From IMG/VR virus record IMGVR_UViG_3300020380_000001, positions 124,001 through 188,000 of that record: 64,000 nt of DNA; one strand, written 5' to 3'. Position numbers and translations under genes: made by a program. The notes beneath the pieces were generated by a model. It searched no databases. It saw nothing but the letters and a program-made list of their open reading frames with translations, and was not told the origin of the DNA. Positions 19,598 through 29,254 of this stretch are shown here, one piece after another (within the stretch, counting starts at the first letter, position 1; each line of letters starts with the position of its first letter).

Positions 19598-20368
19598 ATG
19601 TCTAAAGTAACCTACGAAGGTCTAAACGATCTTCTTCAATTCACTCACCGTCTTGGTTTCATCCCTGCTGTTAAGCTAACAGGTACAGCGGAAGAGACTC
19701 AGGCAGCGTCTATCCTAGAAGACAAGTCTGTTGTCTTTTTTGGCAAACTGCGCACACCAATCAGCGAACTACAGGGGCAAGTAGTAGGCCTTTCTCGTAT
19801 GAACGTACTTGACGGCTTTATGCGTTATCCTGACTTTACGCCGACTAAAAACGGTACTATCTCGTTCAAGAAAGAAAACCACCCATCCCACGGTGATGTT
19901 GTTAGTGAAGTGCACTTTGAAAGTAAAGCTGGCACGACTGGTAGCTACCGTTTCGTAGGCCGCACTACAATCGAAGAACAGATTCGCGTACCGGAGTTCC
20001 GTGGCGTTAACTGGGACATTACCTACGTACCTACCAAAGAAGACTACGAAGACTTAAAATACCTAGCCGGTATCTTCGCAGCGCAAGAAGCTGTATTCAT
20101 TCCTGAAATTGCAGGCGATGAACTTGTATTCAGCATCGGTACCCAAGCTAGTGACCGCACACAGATTCACTTAAACACTGGTGAACTTACTGTGGAAAAC
20201 ACGTTGAAAGGTAATTTGAGCTGGCCGCTAGATAAGGTACTAACTATTCTAGCTAAAGGCATGGACGCAGAGTGTAAGATGTTTATTTCTTCAGCCGGCG
20301 CGCTTAAGATTGAGATCGACACTGGTGTTGGCCTTTACGAGTACATCCTGACAGCGAAGCCTGTTTAA
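19598..20368 (+). CDS. probable DNA polymerase sliding clamp (gp45/PCNA-like)
   Basis: 256 aa from ATG 19598 (SD AGGAG), directly after polB, alternating alpha/beta pattern and PCNA-like C-terminus (FISSAGALKIEIDTGVGLYEYILTA). Confidence 0.6.
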   Translation: MSKVTYEGLNDLLQFTHRLGFIPAVKLTGTAEETQAASILEDKSVVFFGKLRTPISELQGQVVGLSRMNVLDGFMRYPDFTPTKNGTISFKKENHPSHGDVVSEVHFESKAGTTGSYRFVGRTTIEEQIRVPEFRGVNWDITYVPTKEDYEDLKYLAGIFAAQEAVFIPEIAGDELVFSIGTQASDRTQIHLNTGELTVENTLKGNLSWPLDKVLTILAKGMDAECKMFISSAGALKIEIDTGVGLYEYILTAKPV

Positions 20369-20397
20369 TACAACAATAACAAACACACGAGGCTCGA

Positions 20398-22137
20398 ATG
20401 AGTAGAGAAAATCACGATTTGAGTGCCGAGTTTGATGAGCAGAATTACGCGGTCTACTTGCCCGCGTTATCTGGCTTTTATACTCAGTCACTTGCTAAGG
20501 TTAAAGACAAACCTGAAACCATGCGTAAAGACGGTCCGCCTAAGGGATTCGAATACGGCTTTGAAGGCTTAGACTTCTTGAGAAAAGAAGACAATTACTT
20601 TAGGTACCGTTATGCGCTATACTCTGCAGGTCACGCGCAACTGGACTTAGAAAAAGCTAACGCTGACTCACCTATGGTGCACGAACGTCCAGACGATACT
20701 ATTATTGTTGGCGACTCGGGCGGGTTCCAGCTTGCAACTGGTGTAATTAAAATGAACTGGGAAAATGCAAAGTCTGCAAATGACCCAGAGCGCGAAAAGT
20801 TGTGTGAGAAAATCCTGCGTTGGCTAGAGCATACTGCTGACTGGTCAATGACACTGGATGTGCCAGCCCTAGCGGCAGCGCCACCACTAAACAAAAAGAC
20901 TGGTTTAACAAGTTTCCAAGATACATTAGATATTACTCTTCTGAATCTTGATTACTTTATGAAGAACCGTGTGCCTGGTGCGACTAAGTTCTTGAACGTG
21001 CTTTCTGGCTCCACACAAACCGATCTTAAGCGTTGGTATGACGCGGTAATAAAGTACTCAGATCCCGAGCAGGTAAAGGCTATGGGCTATACAGAAGACC
21101 GTACGCTGGAAGGCTTTGCTTACGCCGGTATTAACGCACTTAATATTGGATCTGCGCTTGAGACAACGTGTCGACTAATAGACGACGGCATGCTTAAAGA
21201 GTGTGAGTGGATTCACATACTAGGCATCGGGCGTACTGACTACGCGTGTTATATCAACTCACTGCAACGTGAACTGAATAAACACCACGCGCCTAAACTT
21301 AAGATTAGTTACGATGCGGCAAGTCCGTTTGTATCTACTGCATATGGCCAGTTTTACGGTGACGGCACGTACACCAAACACCGCATTGGTTACAACATGG
21401 GCAAGGCGCCAGACGACAAGCGCTTAGCGTTCTGTGAAGATCGCATGCCGTGGAACAACCCTATTATGAACCGCTGTCGTATTAATGACATTTGTGTTCG
21501 TAAGCCTGCGTATGCTGAGGTCAACGGTGAACTACTATTCCCGCGCCAAAGCAAGTTTAAAGACAAGAAGAAAGCTGAAGCTGAAAACGAAGTGTTCCTT
21601 GCTGAGTTTGAAGATCAGATTAATGACTTGCGCGAAGCAGGGGTAGAAGCAACGTTTTATCCGCCAGAGCTTAATCGCCAGGATAAAGAAACACGTACTT
21701 CTTGGGATATTGGTTCTTACATGATTATGATGGGTCACAACGTGTGGACACACATTGACTCAGTAACACAAGCGATCCGCTTAGGTAAGCTTGAAGCACA
21801 TAATTATCGTGATGTGTCGTGGCGCGACTGGATGCCAGGCAAGGGCAAGAGTTCAACTAACGCTTTTGCCGAATACGTGCCTGGATCAGTTATCTACTTT
21901 GATAGCTTATGTCGTGACTTGTTTGACCCAGCGCGTACTAGTGAAGAACGTATGCAAATTCTTAAAGAAGCGCAACCGTTCCTGAACACCATTAACGCAC
22001 GTAACTTGGGATCAGGCAACGTGTTCGATAGCTTATTCGATATAGGCGACGAAGGCGCTACTGACCCTGAAAGCTCTTACGCTAGTCTGGATGACGAAAA
22101 GATGGTAAATCTGGAACAGAATCAAGACGATTTGTAA
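20398..22137 (+). CDS. tRNA-guanine transglycosylase-fold protein (DpdA/TGT-like 7-deazaguanine insertase)
   Basis: GDSGGFQ (catalytic Asp), MTLDVP, HILGIG, SYDAASP motifs of TGT; adjacent to queE. Confidence 0.8.
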   Translation: MSRENHDLSAEFDEQNYAVYLPALSGFYTQSLAKVKDKPETMRKDGPPKGFEYGFEGLDFLRKEDNYFRYRYALYSAGHAQLDLEKANADSPMVHERPDDTIIVGDSGGFQLATGVIKMNWENAKSANDPEREKLCEKILRWLEHTADWSMTLDVPALAAAPPLNKKTGLTSFQDTLDITLLNLDYFMKNRVPGATKFLNVLSGSTQTDLKRWYDAVIKYSDPEQVKAMGYTEDRTLEGFAYAGINALNIGSALETTCRLIDDGMLKECEWIHILGIGRTDYACYINSLQRELNKHHAPKLKISYDAASPFVSTAYGQFYGDGTYTKHRIGYNMGKAPDDKRLAFCEDRMPWNNPIMNRCRINDICVRKPAYAEVNGELLFPRQSKFKDKKKAEAENEVFLAEFEDQINDLREAGVEATFYPPELNRQDKETRTSWDIGSYMIMMGHNVWTHIDSVTQAIRLGKLEAHNYRDVSWRDWMPGKGKSSTNAFAEYVPGSVIYFDSLCRDLFDPARTSEERMQILKEAQPFLNTINARNLGSGNVFDSLFDIGDEGATDPESSYASLDDEKMVNLEQNQDDL

Positions 22138-22152
22138 GATTAAAACATTTTA

Positions 22153-22180
22153 AAAAAGCGCCAAACAGGCGCTTTTTTTG
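22153..22180 (+). terminator. Rho-independent terminator
   Basis: AAAAAAGCGCC-aaaca-GGCGCTTTTTT. Confidence 0.8.
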
Positions 22181-22246
22181 TTGCAATTTTTGGTAGTTCT
22201 GCTATACTACTTAAAACCGTAGAATAAAAATTATAAGGTTGTGTAA

Positions 22247-23152
22247 ATGTCTAAAGAATATAGATATACTGAGATTTTTAGAAGTTTGCAGGGTGAAGGC
22301 ATGTACACCGGCGTTAACACCGCTTGGCTACGTTTCTTTATGTGTAACTTGGAGTGCCGTGGTTTTGGACAACCAGAGCCAGCTAATCCAGAGTCTTACT
22401 ACCCTGTGGGCCAGACTATTGATATTACTGATATCACTAGCTTAGATGATGTGCCGGTACACGAGTACGGCTGTGATAGTGCGTACTCTGTTGCCAAACA
22501 GTACAGAAACCTTGCTATGAAAGGTACTGCTGCTGAAATTGCAGACAAAATAACTGCGATGCTGGCTAACGACTTTAATCCGGATGGGTTGTTTTTAAAT
22601 CCGCATACAGGATTAGATACGCATATGGCATTCACTGGTGGTGAGCCCATGATGCAACAACCAGCTATGATTGACATTATGGAAGAGTTTAATCACAGAA
22701 GCAACCCTATCCGTTACATGACTATTGAGACAAATGGCACACGTAACTTAGATGGGAAGTTTGGGTCTTATATTGCGGAGCAACTTCTCTGTTCAGAATT
22801 ACAAGAAGTGTTCTGGTCAATTAGTCCTAAACTAAAGCACGTATCGGGCGAGGATCCTAAGAAAGCGATCAAGCCAGCAGTGTTGGCAGCTTACGCAGAT
22901 ACGTACGATCACGGACAGTTAAAGTTCGTGTTAAACAACGATCCCACAGCATGGCGTGAACTGCATTTGGCAATTAAAAAGTTCCGTGATGTTGGTGTTG
23001 ATTGGCCAGTATACATTATGCCGGTTGGTGGTCTTAAAGAAGACCAAGAATGTGACGCAACACGTAGAGTAGTTGAACGCGCATTATATGAAGGGTTCCA
23101 TGTAAGTGGGCGCTTGCACGCGCACATCTTTGGTAACGAACACAACACGTAA
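22247..23152 (+). CDS. queE: 7-carboxy-7-deazaguanine synthase (radical SAM)
   Basis: EIFRSLQGEG, LRFFMCNLEC...GCDS, FTGGEP, TIETNG, SISPKL, RLHAHIFG. Confidence 0.9.
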   Translation: MSKEYRYTEIFRSLQGEGMYTGVNTAWLRFFMCNLECRGFGQPEPANPESYYPVGQTIDITDITSLDDVPVHEYGCDSAYSVAKQYRNLAMKGTAAEIADKITAMLANDFNPDGLFLNPHTGLDTHMAFTGGEPMMQQPAMIDIMEEFNHRSNPIRYMTIETNGTRNLDGKFGSYIAEQLLCSELQEVFWSISPKLKHVSGEDPKKAIKPAVLAAYADTYDHGQLKFVLNNDPTAWRELHLAIKKFRDVGVDWPVYIMPVGGLKEDQECDATRRVVERALYEGFHVSGRLHAHIFGNEHNT

Positions 23153-23164
23153 TAAGGACGAGGT

Positions 23165-23371
23165 ATGGCCATGTTTTACGACGATGTTAGCTACGATGTA
23201 CTTAACGAGTCAGGCGGCAGAATTGACTGGCTCGAGGAAGACTTACAGAAAGCAGAGGAGCAAAATAAAAAGCTCATGGAAAAATTAGAGTTTATATTGG
23301 CGAATTCTGAAGAAGCACGCGCCCTCGCAAACGCCTGGGACGGTTCAGTCATAATACAGAAAGGTGGTTAA
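23165..23371 (+). CDS. small coiled-coil protein
   Basis: 68 aa, SD GAGG. Confidence 0.65.
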   Translation: MAMFYDDVSYDVLNESGGRIDWLEEDLQKAEEQNKKLMEKLEFILANSEEARALANAWDGSVIIQKGG

Positions 23372-23372
23372 T

Positions 23373-23525
23373 ATGATGTTCGAAGAAGATGGTCCTGACA
23401 CTGTTTTTAAAGGTAGTAAAACAAACCACGACCTTGAAGAAGAAAACCGGGAGTTGAAAGCACAACTCGACGCACTTACTGAGAGACTCGACAAGCTTGA
23501 GGAGAGGATTCAAAATGAACGATGA
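23373..23525 (+). CDS. small coiled-coil protein (50 aa)
   Basis: MMFEEDG...LEERIQNER fills the gap between neighbours; below track cutoff. Confidence 0.55.
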   Translation: MMFEEDGPDTVFKGSKTNHDLEEENRELKAQLDALTERLDKLEERIQNER

Positions 23526-23880
23526 TGACGTTTTCAATCCTGGTAATATCTGGAAAAGATCCCTGGAAAAAGCAAGTGATAGTTTTGACCCATGGACTAA
23601 CCAGCGTGCTAGTGATCATATTTCGGAAGCCCTAAGAAAACAACGGGATAAGGATTTTAAGGATTTCCTGTTAAACGGTTTGTACAAGTCCGAAGACAGC
23701 GCGGGAATCAAACGTGCGAAAGAAGCAGAAGAGCGCTACCAACGCCTGCACCGTGATTTAAAAGACCTTTTGGATATGTGTCCGGAAGCGCAGGACGCTT
23801 GGAATAAGCTAATGGGAATCAGACGTTTACAAGGCGAGGACGAGTACAATGACAGTATATCCAAAAGAGCCGGAGGATAA
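23515..23880 (+). CDS. hypothetical protein
   Basis: ATG 23515 with SD GAGG. Confidence 0.7.
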   Translation: MNDDDVFNPGNIWKRSLEKASDSFDPWTNQRASDHISEALRKQRDKDFKDFLLNGLYKSEDSAGIKRAKEAEERYQRLHRDLKDLLDMCPEAQDAWNKLMGIRRLQGEDEYNDSISKRAGG

Positions 23881-24169
23881 GCCGGGCATAAGTATCGGTG
23901 GCTACATCAACGTACTCGGTTTCATGATGAGTTACGACAACGAATACGGTATTGCTGATTACATAAAATCCATAGAAGATCAGCAAAAGCCTGCTATGAT
24001 AGCAATCAAAAAGGCTTGCGCTAAGTTTATCCCTGTTCTTAAAAACGAAAACCGTTTTTACACAGACTGGGCAGCTTACGTGATTGGCAAGAAACAAAAC
24101 AGCCAGTCCGCATTAACCGTTGAATCTCTTCAATCAGCGTTTCGATACATGGATAGTTTTGATGGATGA
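23849..24169 (+). CDS. hypothetical protein
   Basis: 106-aa ORF in tight operon. Confidence 0.65.
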   Translation: MTVYPKEPEDKPGISIGGYINVLGFMMSYDNEYGIADYIKSIEDQQKPAMIAIKKACAKFIPVLKNENRFYTDWAAYVIGKKQNSQSALTVESLQSAFRYMDSFDG

Positions 24170-24452
24170 TAAACATGTAGAGCGATATACTCGTTTAGTT
24201 GAATGGTTTGCGAGTCGCTACCGTATTTGTCAGTATAACCGCAACAACCTTATAGCCTTTCAGATATGGTCGTTGTCGCACTTAGAGCACGAGCAATGCC
24301 TTACTAATGCTGTGGCTGTATCACGCGAAGCTAATGTCCTAGAGAAACAAGCTAAGAAGACTAAATGCGAAAGAGTATCTCCCTTTTGGGCAGAAAGACG
24401 TGCTCTTACCGCACTATTCAGGAGGTTTTTAGAAAAGTATGGCAAGAAATAA
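24162..24452 (+). CDS. hypothetical protein
   Basis: Coupled start at 24162. Confidence 0.6.
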   Translation: MDDKHVERYTRLVEWFASRYRICQYNRNNLIAFQIWSLSHLEHEQCLTNAVAVSREANVLEKQAKKTKCERVSPFWAERRALTALFRRFLEKYGKK

Positions 24453-24645
24453 TATGGGCGAAGCTCAACGAATCCGACAAGAAAAAGCCATTTTTGACAC
24501 TGCGCGTGACCTGTTAATCAGTTACACCCGAAGCGGTAAGATTGCTATCCCGCTGCATGTTGATGAGATTTACGAGAGTGCTGAAAAACTGCACAAGAAG
24601 TTTCAAGATAGAATGGAAGCAAGTGAGGACTGGAAAGATGACTAA
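24439..24645 (+). CDS. hypothetical protein
   Basis: 68-aa ORF. Confidence 0.65.
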   Translation: MARNNMGEAQRIRQEKAIFDTARDLLISYTRSGKIAIPLHVDEIYESAEKLHKKFQDRMEASEDWKDD

Positions 24646-24868
24646 GAAAGCATTCCAGCCGGCTGCGCCTATAATGAGTGTTGATATGGCACTAGGCGAA
24701 GCACCGGGCCTAAATAAATTAGAGATATTTACTCTTCACATTGCTAGTGGATTGACTTCTGCGAACCAGCAGGCAATCAATAGCATGGCAGCTAGGCAAA
24801 TAGTATCCAGCGCGGTTAATTTATTAAATGCTGTAGAAGAAAAAGAAAAAGAACTACGAGGCGAGTAA
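24638..24868 (+). CDS. hypothetical protein
   Basis: Coupled start at 24638. Confidence 0.6.
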   Translation: MTKKAFQPAAPIMSVDMALGEAPGLNKLEIFTLHIASGLTSANQQAINSMAARQIVSSAVNLLNAVEEKEKELRGE

Positions 24869-24869
24869 C

Positions 24870-25403
24870 ATGGGATTATTTTGGCTGTGGCCAAGGCATT
24901 GGGGATTGCGCGGTCGCGACAGAAAAGAAGCACGTATTAGATACAATGCTAAGTCTGACTACGATGCTGAACTGGAAATCATTAAGTTGGATTTCCCGCA
25001 ATTGTTTGATGAAAATCTCGAACAAGACGAGGACGAAGATTTCATCGCAGCTGAACAACGTGCGTATGACGAAGCTGTTCTTGATGTGCAACTGAAGCAC
25101 GGCAAGATACGCAAGAAAGAATACGACGAAAAAATGAAAGACATGTCAGGCGAAGGCTGGGTTAAAGTAATCGGGGTAGAGTATAACCCCGATAAACCCG
25201 AGCAAGCAGGCATGGTGCTGGACTATAACGAGCAGTTTGTTATAGACTTACGGGCTGCTGGTTACGAAGGCCAAACAGATGACGACGTAGTGTCACAATG
25301 GCTGGACCATTTATTCCTTAGTTCTCTTGTAGAGGACGTTGATTTGGAAATCGCAAGCGACATAAAAACACAACTAGAAGCCGCTAGACGGGGGAAACGA
25401 TGA
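24870..25403 (+). CDS. hypothetical protein
   Basis: 177-aa acidic ORF coupled to rnh. Confidence 0.8.
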   Translation: MGLFWLWPRHWGLRGRDRKEARIRYNAKSDYDAELEIIKLDFPQLFDENLEQDEDEDFIAAEQRAYDEAVLDVQLKHGKIRKKEYDEKMKDMSGEGWVKVIGVEYNPDKPEQAGMVLDYNEQFVIDLRAAGYEGQTDDDVVSQWLDHLFLSSLVEDVDLEIASDIKTQLEAARRGKR

Positions 25404-26404
25404 GCAAAAAGAGACTTTACATACTCGTAGACACTATGAACATGGCGTTCAGGGCACGACACGGCGGTAGCAAAGCTGCCGATATTGATCAACAAATAGG
25501 CATGAGCATGCATATTATGCTGACTTCTATCGCGTCCTGTGTGCACCGCTTCGGGCAAGACACAGAAGCAAGGGTTGTGTTCAACTTCGAGGGGAAGTCC
25601 TGGCGTAAGAAGGTTAGTGCGCAATACAAAGCAAACCGTGACTTAAAGAAACTAGAACGCACACCGCGTGAAGTGGAAGAAGACGAATTGTTTATCGAAG
25701 CAGTAGAAAGCTTCAAAGAGTTTGTCACTGAAAAGACTAACGCGATTTGTCTTCAACACGACGAGTTAGAAGCTGACGACTTTATTGCATTTTGGATTCA
25801 GCACCACCCGGATGATGACCACATTATCGTGAGTACCGACTCTGACTATAAACAGCTTATTGCAGAGAATGTTGATCTGTTCGATGGCGTCCGTGACTAT
25901 ATGTACACAATAGACGGCGTGTTTGATAACAAGGGTCGTCCCGTAGAAAAGAAAGGCGTGCCACTTACTGTTGAACCTGAATACGAATTGTTTATGAAGT
26001 GCATACGCGGCGACAAGTCGGACAATATCTTCTCTGCATATCCCGGTGTCAGAGAAAAAGGCACTAAGAACAAAGTGGGTATTCGTGAGGCATTTGAAGA
26101 CCGTCACGACAAGGGTTACAACTATAACAATTTTATGTTACAGCGCTGGACTAACCACGAGGGCGAGGAAGTAAGAGTAAAAGACGCCTACGCCATGAAC
26201 CGCCTTTTAATTGACTTAACTGCACAGCCGGAAGAGTACAAAGTCAAAGGTGCGATTGCTATTGAAAATGCCAAGAATGCCGACCCAATCCCGGCTGCAT
26301 CAATTGGTTTTAACTTCATGAAGTTCTGTCAAATGTGGGCACTAAACCGCATTGGTGAGAAAACAGACTTCTTTGCTGGACTGTTGAGCAAAGGCTACAA
26401 GTAA
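25400..26404 (+). CDS. rnh: T4-type RNase H / 5'-3' flap exonuclease
   Basis: ILVDTMN, YKANR, LEADDFI, IIVSTDSDYKQL, GDKSDNI acidic motifs of the FEN-like family. Confidence 0.92.
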   Translation: MSKKRLYILVDTMNMAFRARHGGSKAADIDQQIGMSMHIMLTSIASCVHRFGQDTEARVVFNFEGKSWRKKVSAQYKANRDLKKLERTPREVEEDELFIEAVESFKEFVTEKTNAICLQHDELEADDFIAFWIQHHPDDDHIIVSTDSDYKQLIAENVDLFDGVRDYMYTIDGVFDNKGRPVEKKGVPLTVEPEYELFMKCIRGDKSDNIFSAYPGVREKGTKNKVGIREAFEDRHDKGYNYNNFMLQRWTNHEGEEVRVKDAYAMNRLLIDLTAQPEEYKVKGAIAIENAKNADPIPAASIGFNFMKFCQMWALNRIGEKTDFFAGLLSKGYK

Positions 26405-26452
26405 ACTTTTCCATTAAATACATACCTATAATAAAAACAATAAAGGTACACA

Positions 26453-26965
26453 ATGACAAGCAAGTTTTATCAAGTTGAAGAAAATGCGTTAATGGTTGTT
26501 GACGGTGAAGAAACCCGTCTTATTGTCGAAAACCCGGGCATCGGCCTCGTGTTTATGGGCAATGACTCTGTTGAGTTATACAACGACCGAACATCCTTTA
26601 CAAAAGCAACCGGCGTAGAACTAAGCAACGTTCGCACTAAAACGCTTCCTGAAAAATCTCAGCTGTATATTCGCGGTGTTAAGATGCCTGCAACTGGCGA
26701 ATTTTATTTGCCGACACCCGAGTATTCAAGTAAATATAACTTGCCGTTATTTAGGAAAAACGAAGTTACTGACATCCACTTTGTTGCGGGTATCTACCTG
26801 CTTAAAGAAGGTGAGGGCAAAGTAACGCCTAAAGATACCCCGAAATTAGACACGCTACTTGACGCGGCTGAAGGATACGAAGGCCCGTTTAAAGATATGC
26901 GTAAAGCTCGTGATAGAGCGATGGTTCTACGAAAAGAATACAAAAAAAGGACTAGAAACACATGA
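26453..26965 (+). CDS. hypothetical protein
   Basis: 170-aa ORF; TAAATA at 26415. Confidence 0.75.
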   Translation: MTSKFYQVEENALMVVDGEETRLIVENPGIGLVFMGNDSVELYNDRTSFTKATGVELSNVRTKTLPEKSQLYIRGVKMPATGEFYLPTPEYSSKYNLPLFRKNEVTDIHFVAGIYLLKEGEGKVTPKDTPKLDTLLDAAEGYEGPFKDMRKARDRAMVLRKEYKKRTRNT

Positions 26966-27186
26966 ATAAAATTGTAGTATACACCAAAGACAATTGCGGA
27001 TTCTGCACTAAAGCCAAAGAGCTATTAGAGTCACGTGGATTAGAATATGATGAAATCAGTTTTAATGACCCGGGCGTACTAGCAGAGTTCAAAGAAAAGT
27101 ACCCAATGGCGCGCACTGCACCTCAGATCCTCATCGATGGTGAGCGTATCGGCGGACACAAAGAACTGGTTCAGCTTTTGGACTAA
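26962..27186 (+). CDS. glutaredoxin
   Basis: YTKDNCGFC, TAPQI, IGG. Confidence 0.93.
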   Translation: MNKIVVYTKDNCGFCTKAKELLESRGLEYDEISFNDPGVLAEFKEKYPMARTAPQILIDGERIGGHKELVQLLD

Positions 27187-27189
27187 TTA

Positions 27190-28863
27190 ATGACAATACG
27201 TGATGCTATAACAACGCATACGAGCAAGCCGGGCGATGCGTGGGCGAGATCTAATATCTTACCTACGAAGCCTGGCTTCGTTCTTTTTATGCACGACTCA
27301 AAACCAGACCTCGAACACCTTGACTTTAGGCATGCTAATGTAACACTGAAGGCAGGTCGCCACCTTAAACCAGACAAACATGGCCACCGAGCTTTATCCG
27401 CAGCATGTGGACAGTACGGCACAGCATGTGATATTGAGGTTGACTTCTACGCATTTGACCGTAACAGTATTACTGAATTACTCGCGTCGTTTGAAATGTT
27501 AGTTCATGATGCGATCCGCGACCCGAGACGAGTTGCGGTTTCTGTTAACTGGCAAATCACTGACGCAGTGTACGCAGAAAATGCAGATCGTTTAGACTAC
27601 TGTTTTAGGACACTTGCTAACGCGAATGTGCCTGTATTTGTCGCCGCTGGTAACATGGGCACGGATCTAGTCATGTACCCGTGTAACCACAAGTCGGTAA
27701 TAATCACAGGCTCCCATGACAAAGATGGTATGATCAGTCTGTTTAACAACACGCCTGAATTAATACGTGTGTTTGCACTAGGCAAAGATGTTCGTGTCGC
27801 GTCCTTAGACAGCCGTACAGGGTACACAACTGATAGTGGTACTAGCTTTAGTAATTCAGCAGTGGCTGCGGCTATGGCTTATTATGATACTGTAGACGAG
27901 TTGTTGGCTGCGACGATACAAAATACATTGAACTGGAAACGAGCGAGTCTAAACAAACTAACATCCAGAGCATTGTTTTGTGGTGATCTTGATAGAACGC
28001 GATCAGTCAATAACGTAACGCACGGCAACACTGAACTCAAATACGAGGACGGCCTGCAGATTATCGTGCACGACTTCAACACAAGTGATTATTCAAGTGA
28101 CAAGACGCATGTTGAATACTGTGTTGATCACATAAACGAAAAGCTTGCTGGCGAAAACGTTTGGATACCTATGTCCGGCGGCCTTGATAGTGAGTATGTG
28201 ATGCATTGTGCTCTGCAATCAGAAGCGAGAGTTCGCCCTGTAATTATGCGCTACATGTCTGACTTCGGTAAGCCACTTAACGAATATGATTACAAGAACG
28301 CCATAGCCTATTGCGAAGCAAACAACTTAGAACCACGCTTCATTGATGCAAAGATACGTGAGTTGTTTGATAATGGCGAGTACTGGTATTTTGTTAAGAA
28401 GTTTATTACCCGTAGTCCACAACTCGCAGCGCATCTGTGGATGATCAATCAACTAGATGCCAACTGTATTTTGCCGGGAGATCCACTAACGCTACATGGT
28501 TCTGGCAACATAGGCATACAACCGTATGACTATTACTGCTATGATAGGATGTTCCATAGCAAGCGCATGACGAACAGTATAGCTAGGCTACACACTGCAT
28601 CTGGCAACATAGTTAAAAAGAGTTTAGAAATTACAGCGAGCTTGGATCCTGCTATGGCACCTGCAGAAAGAAAGCATGAGTTCTATTCTCGTTGCGGCAT
28701 GCCTGATACTGCGCCAAGGATAAAGTACACTGGCTTCGAAAAAGTGCGCGAGGAGTACGACAAAAAGTACAGCGCGATTGATTATTTTAATCGCAAGTTT
28801 AGGATGCCAGCAAAGCACCTTCACACCTACGGGAGTAAGTTTTTCTATGACGGACTTGACTAA
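27190..28863 (+). CDS. subtilisin-like (S8) protease fused to a PP-loop (SGGLDS) adenine-nucleotide alpha-hydrolase domain
   Basis: FMHDS (Asp), KHGH (His), AAGN, SGTSFS (Ser) in N-half; PMSGGLDSE in C-half. Confidence 0.75.
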   Translation: MTIRDAITTHTSKPGDAWARSNILPTKPGFVLFMHDSKPDLEHLDFRHANVTLKAGRHLKPDKHGHRALSAACGQYGTACDIEVDFYAFDRNSITELLASFEMLVHDAIRDPRRVAVSVNWQITDAVYAENADRLDYCFRTLANANVPVFVAAGNMGTDLVMYPCNHKSVIITGSHDKDGMISLFNNTPELIRVFALGKDVRVASLDSRTGYTTDSGTSFSNSAVAAAMAYYDTVDELLAATIQNTLNWKRASLNKLTSRALFCGDLDRTRSVNNVTHGNTELKYEDGLQIIVHDFNTSDYSSDKTHVEYCVDHINEKLAGENVWIPMSGGLDSEYVMHCALQSEARVRPVIMRYMSDFGKPLNEYDYKNAIAYCEANNLEPRFIDAKIRELFDNGEYWYFVKKFITRSPQLAAHLWMINQLDANCILPGDPLTLHGSGNIGIQPYDYYCYDRMFHSKRMTNSIARLHTASGNIVKKSLEITASLDPAMAPAERKHEFYSRCGMPDTAPRIKYTGFEKVREEYDKKYSAIDYFNRKFRMPAKHLHTYGSKFFYDGLD

Positions 28864-29254
28864 AGAAAAGGTACACGAGTTACTAGGCGGCGAAAACGAT
28901 TTTAGTATTTTTGCCAGTCAGGATTCTTGGTTATTAACACCCGCAGCGTTTCATGCGTTGCGGGAGAAGATAACAGCATATAAGCTAGAGTCAGATCCTA
29001 GTATGGTACTGATTAATCGTGATGTGATACGTTTGTCACGCACAATGCGCGAGCCGTATTATATCCAGTACCCAAATGACAAGCGTAGAACAGTGACATA
29101 TGGCAGACGCAACGGTAAATTAGCTAGGATATATTCTGGTGTTGATGATAATGAAAAACAAAGTGCCGCGGTGTGGGTGTTTAACTTTAATATGGCAGCA
29201 ACGGCAAAAGTAATGGGCGATTTCCGCCCATTACTTGATCAATTAGACTATTGA
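28847..29254 (+). CDS. hypothetical protein
   Basis: ATG 28847; last + strand gene before the strand switch. Confidence 0.7.
   Translation: MTDLTKEKVHELLGGENDFSIFASQDSWLLTPAAFHALREKITAYKLESDPSMVLINRDVIRLSRTMREPYYIQYPNDKRRTVTYGRRNGKLARIYSGVDDNEKQSAAVWVFNFNMAATAKVMGDFRPLLDQLDY

Noticed and set aside
28150-28863. QueC call for the SGGLDS domain
   Set aside because: QueC's C-terminal Zn-binding Cys cluster is not present, and the PP-loop alone is shared by many families
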